DNA of 64,000 nt, taken from positions 1,376,001 through 1,440,000 of the forward strand of contig OZ253470.1 of NCBI GenBank assembly GCA_965261735.1, in the 5' to 3' direction. Below the pieces are notes generated by a model. That model worked only from the letters and a program-made list of their open reading frames with translations. It did not search any database and was not told the origin of the DNA. The position numbers were made by a program, and so were the translations under genes. This DNA is from Alphaproteobacteria bacterium (GTDB lineage Bacteria; Pseudomonadota; Alphaproteobacteria; SHVV01). Every line of letters starts with the position of its first letter. The stretch's first letter is position 1. This document shows positions 57,821 to 64,000 of this stretch, piece by piece.

Positions 57821-59067
57821 GGTTGCCGGCCGGCGTCGCGGCCGAGGATCAGGCGCAGGAGCACCGGCGTCATCAGCGTGGTGAGGACGGCCATCAGCAC
57901 CAGCGCGGAGAACAGGTGCGCGACGATCGGATCGCCCTGGTCGGCGCGCGCGAACAGGCCGGCTTCATAGGCGATGCTGATGACCACCAGCTCGACCGCG
58001 CCGCGCGCGTTCATGCCGACCCCGACGCAGAGCGCGTCGCGCCCGCTGAGGCCGGCCCAGCGCGCGGGCAAACCGGCGCCCACCACCTTGCCGATAAACG
58101 CCACGCCGATCAGCGATGCTACGAAGACCGGTACCGCGATCACCGCATCGAGCTCGACCCTGAGCCCGATAGAGGCGAAGAACAGCGGCCCTAGGAAGCC
58201 GCCGGTGATGCCCGTGACGAGCAGCTTCATCTCGTTGTAGGCCAGAGCGCCGACCCGCGACGGCTCGAAATACAGGCCCGCCATGAAGGCTCCGATGATC
58301 CAGTGCATGCCGAGGAGCTCGGCCAGCAGCCCGTAGGCGAGCGCTACCGCCATCAGGGTGCTGAACTCGAGCGTCGCCACCTGCAGTGCCCGGATGCGGC
58401 GGCTGACATGCGGATAGACATGGACGCCGAGGGTAACGGTGATGGCGAAGAAGAGCGCCGCCTTGCCCAGCATCAGGGCCAGGCTCGCCGTGTCCGGCAC
58501 GCCGCCGGTCGCGATCACCGAGGTGAGCACCGCGAGCAGGAACAGGCCGAGGACGTCGTCGATGACGGCCGCCGCGACGACCGTTTCACCGACGGCCGTA
58601 TGTAGCAGGCTGAACTCGGTCAGTATCTTCACCGACTCGGGGATGGCGGAGATCGACAGGGTAACGCCGACGAGTAGGACCAGCACCAGCTTGGCCGGCG
58701 ACTCCGGAAGCACCAGCCACGCCAGCGCCGCGCCGGCGGCCAGCGGCACCGCCACGCCGCCGCAGGCGACGGCCAGTGTACGCCCGGACCGCTGGGCGAT
58801 TTCCGCGGGCTTCATTTCGACGCCGGCGAGGAGCACGAGGAAGAAGATGCCGGCGTCGGCGACGTGCTCGAGCCACGGGCTGGCGGCGATGCCGCCGAAC
58901 AACGGGCCGACGAACGGCGCGCTGGCGAGGCCGAGGCCGAGAAGGGCGGCAAGTGCGATGCCGGCGGTGATTTCACCGGCGGCGGCCGGCAGATGGAGTC
59001 GCGCGGCGATACTGCCGAGCGCTCGCGTCAGCACCAGGAGCAGCAGCAGTCCGGCTATGACCTCCAA
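57817..59067 (-). CDS. cation:proton antiporter (CPA2)
   Basis: GEITAG, AAVIDDVLG, FFASIG, GMNARGAV; multi-TM. Confidence 0.88.
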   Translation of the reverse strand: MEVIAGLLLLLVLTRALGSIAARLHLPAAAGEITAGIALAALLGLGLASAPFVGPLFGGIAASPWLEHVADAGIFFLVLLAGVEMKPAEIAQRSGRTLAVACGGVAVPLAAGAALAWLVLPESPAKLVLVLLVGVTLSISAIPESVKILTEFSLLHTAVGETVVAAAVIDDVLGLFLLAVLTSVIATGGVPDTASLALMLGKAALFFAITVTLGVHVYPHVSRRIRALQVATLEFSTLMAVALAYGLLAELLGMHWIIGAFMAGLYFEPSRVGALAYNEMKLLVTGITGGFLGPLFFASIGLRVELDAVIAVPVFVASLIGVAFIGKVVGAGLPARWAGLSGRDALCVGVGMNARGAVELVVISIAYEAGLFARADQGDPIVAHLFSALVLMAVLTTLMTPVLLRLILGRDAGRQP

Positions 59068-59156
59068 ATCGCCTCCTCCCCTGGGTGCGCCCCGCGGGCC
59101 GGCGCTAGTCTAGCGCACGCACGGCGCGCGGTTGCGCGCGCATACAGGGGCGTGCG

Positions 59157-59185
59157 TTGACTTGCGCGGGTTCCCGGTCTTAAAT
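59157..59185 (+). promoter_or_regulatory. putative sigma70 promoter of sdhCDAB
   Basis: TTGACT-N17-TTAAAT. Confidence 0.55.
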
Positions 59186-59244
59186 CGGGACCACTTCGGG
59201 GGCGGGACCGGGATCGCGGTTGCCCCCTGATCACGAGGGGGGAC

Positions 59245-59640
59245 ATGACCGTGGTCAATCGGCCGCTGTCGCCACACCTGCAGGTCTATCGGCCGCAGCT
59301 CACGTCGATGCTGTCGATACTGCACCGGCTTACCGGACTCGCGCTCGGGGTCGGTACGCTGCTCCTGACCTGGTGGCTCGTCGCCGCCGCAGCCGGCCCG
59401 GAAGCCTTTGCCAGCGCGCAATCGTTCCTCGCCTCCTGGCTCGGGCGCCTCGTCCTTCTCGGCTTCAGCTACTCGCTCTTCTATCACCTGCTCAACGGCA
59501 TCCGGCACCTGATGTGGGACATGGGGCGCGGCTTCGAGCTCAAGGCCGTGCATGCCTCGGGCTGGGCCGTCGTCGGGCTGTCGCTGGTGCTCACGCTGCT
59601 CGCTTGGATCCTGGCCTATGCCGTACGAGGTGGAGCATGA
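59245..59640 (+). CDS. sdhC: succinate dehydrogenase cytochrome b subunit
   Basis: RPLSPHL..SILHRLTG..NGIRHLMWD. Confidence 0.96.
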   Translation: MTVVNRPLSPHLQVYRPQLTSMLSILHRLTGLALGVGTLLLTWWLVAAAAGPEAFASAQSFLASWLGRLVLLGFSYSLFYHLLNGIRHLMWDMGRGFELKAVHASGWAVVGLSLVLTLLAWILAYAVRGGA

Positions 59641-60017
59641 GCCTGCGCACCCCCTTGGGTCGCGTGCGCGGCCTCGGTTCGGCGAACGCCGGCACCGGAC
59701 ATTGGTGGCACCAGCGCCTCACCGCTCTGGCCCTGATTCCCCTGGCGCTGTGGTTCGTGGTCTCGCTCATCTGGATTACCGGCGCCGATCACGCGACCGC
59801 CGCAGCCTGGCTCGGCTCGCCGGTGGTCGCCGCCCTGACGATCCTGCTTGTCGGCGCCACGTTCTATCACCTCAAGCTCGGGGTTCAGGTGGTGATCGAG
59901 GACTACGTCCACGGCGAGGTCGCGAAAGTGGCTTCGATCATCATCATGACGGCGGCCTGCATCGTACTGGCGCTCGCCGCCATCCTCGCCGTGCTGCGGC
60001 TGTGGCTGGGAGTTTGA
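59637..60017 (+). CDS. sdhD: succinate dehydrogenase membrane anchor
   Basis: [29 protein letters not shown]. Confidence 0.95.
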   Translation: MSLRTPLGRVRGLGSANAGTGHWWHQRLTALALIPLALWFVVSLIWITGADHATAAAWLGSPVVAALTILLVGATFYHLKLGVQVVIEDYVHGEVAKVASIIIMTAACIVLALAAILAVLRLWLGV

Positions 60018-60021
60018 CGGC

Positions 60022-61806
60022 ATGAGCGAGGCCTACCCGATCACCGATCACACGTATGACGTCGTCGTGGTCGGCGCCGGCGGCGCGGGCCTGCGTGCCT
60101 GCCTCGGCATCGCCGAGGCGGGCCTGAAGGTCGCGTGCATGAGCAAGGTGTTCCCGACGCGCAGCCACACGGTCGCGGCCCAGGGCGGCATCTCGGCCGC
60201 GCTCGGCAACATGGGCCCGGACGACTGGCGCTGGCACATGTACGACACGGTCAAGGGCTCGGACTGGCTCGGCGATCAGGACGCCATCGAGTACATGTGC
60301 CGCGAGGGTCCGGCGGCGGTGATCGAGCTCGAGCACTACGGCGTGCCCTTCTCGCGCACCGAGGAAGGCAAGATCTACCAGCGCGCCTTTGGCGGCATGA
60401 GCACCAATTACGGTGAAGGCACCGCGCAGCGCACCTGTGCCGCCGCCGACCGCACCGGCCACGCCATCCTGCACTCGCTCTACCAGCAGTCGCTCAAGCA
60501 CCAGACCGATTTTTTCATCGAGTATTTCGCGCTCGACCTGATCATGGAGGACGGCGCCTGCCGCGGCGTCATCGCGTGGTGCCTCGACGACGGCTCGATC
60601 CACCGCTTCCGCGCGCACACGGTGATCCTCGCCACCGGGGGCTACGGGCGCACCTACTTCTCCTGCACCTCGGCCCACACCTGCACCGGCGACGGCAACG
60701 CCATGGTCTTGCGCGCGGGGCTGCCGCTCCAGGACATGGAGTTCGTGCAGTTTCACCCGACCGGCGTCTACGGCGCCGGCGTGCTCATTTCCGAGGGTGT
60801 GCGCGGCGAGGGCGGCTATCTCGTCAACGGCGAGGGCGAACGCTTCATGGAGCGCTACGCGCCGAGCGCCAAAGACCTCGCCTCGCGCGACGTGGTCAGC
60901 CGCTCGATCACCATCGAGCTGCGCGAGGGGCGCGGCTGCGGCCCCGACAAGGACTATGTGCTGCTGCGCCTCGACCACCTCGATCCGGCGATCGTCGAGG
61001 AGCGCCTGCCGGGGATCTCCGAGAGCGCCAAGATCTTTGCCGGTGTCGATGTGGCCAAGGAGCCGATCCCGGTCGTGCCGACCGTGCACTACAACATGGG
61101 CGGCATCCCCACCAACTACCACGGCGAGGTGATCGCGCCGCGCGACGGCGACGCGGAAGCGGTGGTGCCGGGCCTCATGGCCCTCGGCGAGGCGGCCTGC
61201 GTCTCGGTCCACGGCGCCAACCGCCTGGGCTCGAACTCGCTCCTCGACCTCGTGGTCTTCGGGCGCGCGGCGGCGCATCGTACGGCCGAGGTCGTCGCGC
61301 CCAACCAGACCCACAGGCCGCTGCCGGCGGGCGCCGGCGAGGACGCGCTTGCCCGGCTCGATGCGTGCCGTCACGCCGACGGCGGCCGGCCAACGGCGCA
61401 GATCCGCCTCGACATGCAGCGCACGATGCAGACCCACTGCCCGGTGTTCCGAACGAGCGAGGCCCTGCAGGAGGGCGTCGCGCGCATGGCCGAGGTGTGG
61501 GAATCGCTGGGCGACGTCAAGGTGAACGACCGCTCCATGGTATGGAACTCCGATCTCGTCGAGACGCTCGAGCTCGACAACCTCCTGCGCCAGGCGGTGG
61601 TGACCATCCACGCCGCCAGCAACCGCGAGGAGAGCCGGGGCAGCCATGCGCGCGAGGACTTCCCCGACCGCGACGACGAGAACTGGATGAAGCACACCCT
61701 GGTGTGGCACGACGAGGGCGGTGTACGTCTCGATTACCGGCCGGTGCACGCCCACACCCTGACCGACCAGGTGCAGTATTTCCCGCCCAAGGCGCGCGTC
61801 TACTGA
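60022..61806 (+). CDS. sdhA: succinate dehydrogenase flavoprotein
   Basis: [35 protein letters not shown]. Confidence 0.98.
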   Translation: MSEAYPITDHTYDVVVVGAGGAGLRACLGIAEAGLKVACMSKVFPTRSHTVAAQGGISAALGNMGPDDWRWHMYDTVKGSDWLGDQDAIEYMCREGPAAVIELEHYGVPFSRTEEGKIYQRAFGGMSTNYGEGTAQRTCAAADRTGHAILHSLYQQSLKHQTDFFIEYFALDLIMEDGACRGVIAWCLDDGSIHRFRAHTVILATGGYGRTYFSCTSAHTCTGDGNAMVLRAGLPLQDMEFVQFHPTGVYGAGVLISEGVRGEGGYLVNGEGERFMERYAPSAKDLASRDVVSRSITIELREGRGCGPDKDYVLLRLDHLDPAIVEERLPGISESAKIFAGVDVAKEPIPVVPTVHYNMGGIPTNYHGEVIAPRDGDAEAVVPGLMALGEAACVSVHGANRLGSNSLLDLVVFGRAAAHRTAEVVAPNQTHRPLPAGAGEDALARLDACRHADGGRPTAQIRLDMQRTMQTHCPVFRTSEALQEGVARMAEVWESLGDVKVNDRSMVWNSDLVETLELDNLLRQAVVTIHAASNREESRGSHAREDFPDRDDENWMKHTLVWHDEGGVRLDYRPVHAHTLTDQVQYFPPKARVY

Positions 61807-61845
61807 GCGCGACGCCCACGGCAAGCAGCATCGGAACCACGATCC

Positions 61846-62622
61846 ATGGCTGAATTCATGCTGCCGGCGAATTCGAAGATCGGCTCCGGCACGACCCACA
61901 AGGCGCCGGCCGGCGCGACCCGAACCCGCACCTTCAAGGTCTATCGCTGGAACCAGGACGACGGCCGCAAGCCGCAGGTCGACAATTTCGAGGTCGATCT
62001 CGACACCTGCGGGCCGATGGTGCTCGACGCGCTGATCAAGATCAAGAACGAGGTCGACTCCACGCTCACCTTCCGGCGCTCGTGCCGCGAGGGCGTGTGC
62101 GGGAGCTGCGCGATGAACGTCGACGGCACCAACACGCTCGCCTGCACCAAGGCGATCGACGACGTCAAAGGCGCGGTCAAGGTCTATCCCCTGCCGCATC
62201 TACCGGTGGTCAAGGATCTCGTGCCCGACATGACGACCTTCTACGCCCAGTACGAGGCGATCCAGCCGTGGATGCGCACGCAGACGCCGGCGCCGGCGGC
62301 GGAACGCCTGCAGTCGCGCGACGAACGGGCCGAGCTCGACGGCCTGTGGGAGTGCATTCTGTGCGCGTGCTGCTCGACGAGCTGCCCGAGCTACTGGTGG
62401 AACGGCGATCGCTACCTCGGCCCGGCGATCCTACTCCAGGCCCACCGTTGGCTCGTGGACAGCCGCGACGAAACCACTGGCGAACGGCTCGATGCGCTCG
62501 AGGACCCCTTCCGCCTCTATCGCTGCCACACCATCATGAACTGCACCGAGGCCTGCCCCAAGGGCCTCAATCCGGCCAAGGCCATCGCCGAAACCAAGAA
62601 GATGATGCTCGAGCGCCAGTAG
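61846..62622 (+). CDS. sdhB: succinate dehydrogenase iron-sulfur subunit
   Basis: [34 protein letters not shown]. Confidence 0.98.
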   Translation: MAEFMLPANSKIGSGTTHKAPAGATRTRTFKVYRWNQDDGRKPQVDNFEVDLDTCGPMVLDALIKIKNEVDSTLTFRRSCREGVCGSCAMNVDGTNTLACTKAIDDVKGAVKVYPLPHLPVVKDLVPDMTTFYAQYEAIQPWMRTQTPAPAAERLQSRDERAELDGLWECILCACCSTSCPSYWWNGDRYLGPAILLQAHRWLVDSRDETTGERLDALEDPFRLYRCHTIMNCTEACPKGLNPAKAIAETKKMMLERQ

Positions 62623-62805
62623 GCGCGGCGGCGGGGCCACCGCTGGCGCCGCACTTCGGCCGCCCGCCTTTCCCTTCAGACTCTCCCCACGAGGTGGGCA
62701 ATCCGGCGCGTGGCTGTGCGGCGCGTACAGGAAGCGCTTTGCCGCCGCCTTGCCGTCGCGGAACGTGCGGCCTAGGCTCGCGGCAAGCGTCCACGGGATA
62801 GAGCC

Positions 62806-64000
62806 ATGCCCGAGCAGCTCCACCACTTCATCGACGGCCGGCCCGTGGCGGGCGCGGGCGGGCGCTTCGGCGAGGTGTTCAACCCGGCGACCGGCGAAGT
62901 ATCGGCGCACGTACCGTTCGCGGGCGCCGCTAAGGTCGACGCGGCGGTAGCTGCGGCCAGCGCCGCCTTGCCCGGCTGGGCCGCGACACCGCCCGCCGAG
63001 CGGGCGCGCGTCATGTTCCGCTTTCGCGAGCTCGTCGATGCCCACCAGGGCGAAATCGCCGGCCTCATCACCGCCGAGCACGGCAAGACGCTCGCCGATG
63101 CAAAGGGCTCGCTCACGCGCGGGCTCGAGGTCGTCGAGTTCGCGTGCGGCATTCCGCATCTCCTGAAGGGCGAGTTCAGCGACAGCGTCGGCGGAACCGC
63201 GGACTCGTGGTCGCTGCGCCAGCCCGTCGGCGTGTGCGTCGGCATCACGCCCTTCAACTTCCCGGCGATGGTACCGATGTGGATGTTCCCGATCGCGCTC
63301 GCCTGCGGCAACACCTTCGTGCTCAAGCCCTCCGAGAAGGACCCGTCCACGGCCCTGCGGCTCGCCGAGCTGCTGGCCGAGGCCGGGCTGCCCGACGGCG
63401 CCTTCAACGTCCTCAACGGCGACGGCGAGACGGTCGCGGCGCTGCTCGCCGATGCGCGCGTGGCCGGGGTGAGCTTCGTCGGTTCGACGGCGGTGGCCGA
63501 GCAGGTGTGGCGCACGGCGACCGCGCACGGCAAGCGCGTCCAGGCCCTGGGCGGGGCCAAGAACCACATGGTGGTGCTACCCGATGCCGACCTCGACCAG
63601 GCGACCTCGGCGCTGATGGGCGCGGCCTACGGCTCGGCCGGCGAACGCTGCATGGCCGTGTCGGTCGCGGTCGCGTTGGGCGGCATCGGCGATGCGCTGG
63701 TCGAGCGGCTCGAGCCGCTGGTGCGCGGGCTCAGGGTCGGGCCCGGGACGGACCCCGAGTCCGACATGGGGCCGCTGGTCACCGCCGAGCACCGGGCGCG
63801 CGTCGAGGGCTACATCGACATCGGGGTCGACGAGGGCGCGCGGCTAGCCGTCGACGGCCGCGGCCTCAAGCTTCAGGGGTACGAATCGGGCTTCTTCACC
63901 GGGGGCACCCTGTTCGACCAGGTCACGCCCGAGATGCGCATCTACCGCGAGGAAATCTTCGGGCCGGTGCTCTCGGTGGTGCGCCTCGACGGCCTCGACG
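62806..64000 (+). CDS. mmsA: CoA-acylating methylmalonate-semialdehyde dehydrogenase (3' end outside the window)
   Basis: Read directly from the sequence: [55 protein letters not shown]. Confidence 0.9.
   Translation, partial: MPEQLHHFIDGRPVAGAGGRFGEVFNPATGEVSAHVPFAGAAKVDAAVAAASAALPGWAATPPAERARVMFRFRELVDAHQGEIAGLITAEHGKTLADAKGSLTRGLEVVEFACGIPHLLKGEFSDSVGGTADSWSLRQPVGVCVGITPFNFPAMVPMWMFPIALACGNTFVLKPSEKDPSTALRLAELLAEAGLPDGAFNVLNGDGETVAALLADARVAGVSFVGSTAVAEQVWRTATAHGKRVQALGGAKNHMVVLPDADLDQATSALMGAAYGSAGERCMAVSVAVALGGIGDALVERLEPLVRGLRVGPGTDPESDMGPLVTAEHRARVEGYIDIGVDEGARLAVDGRGLKLQGYESGFFTGGTLFDQVTPEMRIYREEIFGPVLSVVRLDGLD

Noticed and set aside
59944-62199. 751-aa minus-strand ORF (also 62431-63567)
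   Set aside because: Antisense shadows of sdhA/sdhB and mmsA.

Overview
High-GC alphaproteobacterial chromosome segment, judged from gene order and content. Most of it is intact housekeeping backbone: mdh-sucCDAB-lpdA, htpG, acnA, a contiguous ccmABCDEFGHI operon, ftsY-mtaB-dapF, ffh-rpsP-rimM-trmD-rplS-leuCD...leuB-asd, sdhCDAB and the 5' part of mmsA. No rRNA, tRNA or CRISPR array was seen. The main accessory region is 27.2-38.7 kb. It holds a NUDIX gene split by an IS630 element and a decayed DUF62 gene, then an island with three parts. First, a minus-strand operon with a near-consensus sigma70 promoter and palindromic operator, encoding a short GTA/phage-type tape-measure-like protein (frameshifted) and a T4-lysozyme-like muramidase. 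Second, a convergent signal-peptide protein with four conserved Cys. Third, an older tandem unit made of a diverged paralog of that secreted protein plus a remnant of the muramidase 3' end. This layout suggests a polymorphic muramidase effector/immunity array linked to a tail tape-measure protein, and it is the best candidate for an undescribed system. The older paralog is disrupted by an IS5-family element that itself carries two inverted IS1595 copies plus a self-inserted fragment. Other accessory inserts are a globin-coupled diguanylate cyclase, arginase with an internally deleted ornithine aminotransferase, an AAA_21/RloB pair flanked by a 10-bp direct repeat, and two uncharacterised exported CxxxC proteins in an operon with SCO. 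Lesions fall in accessory genes while the housekeeping genes are intact. All family assignments are from motif recognition; no database searches were run.
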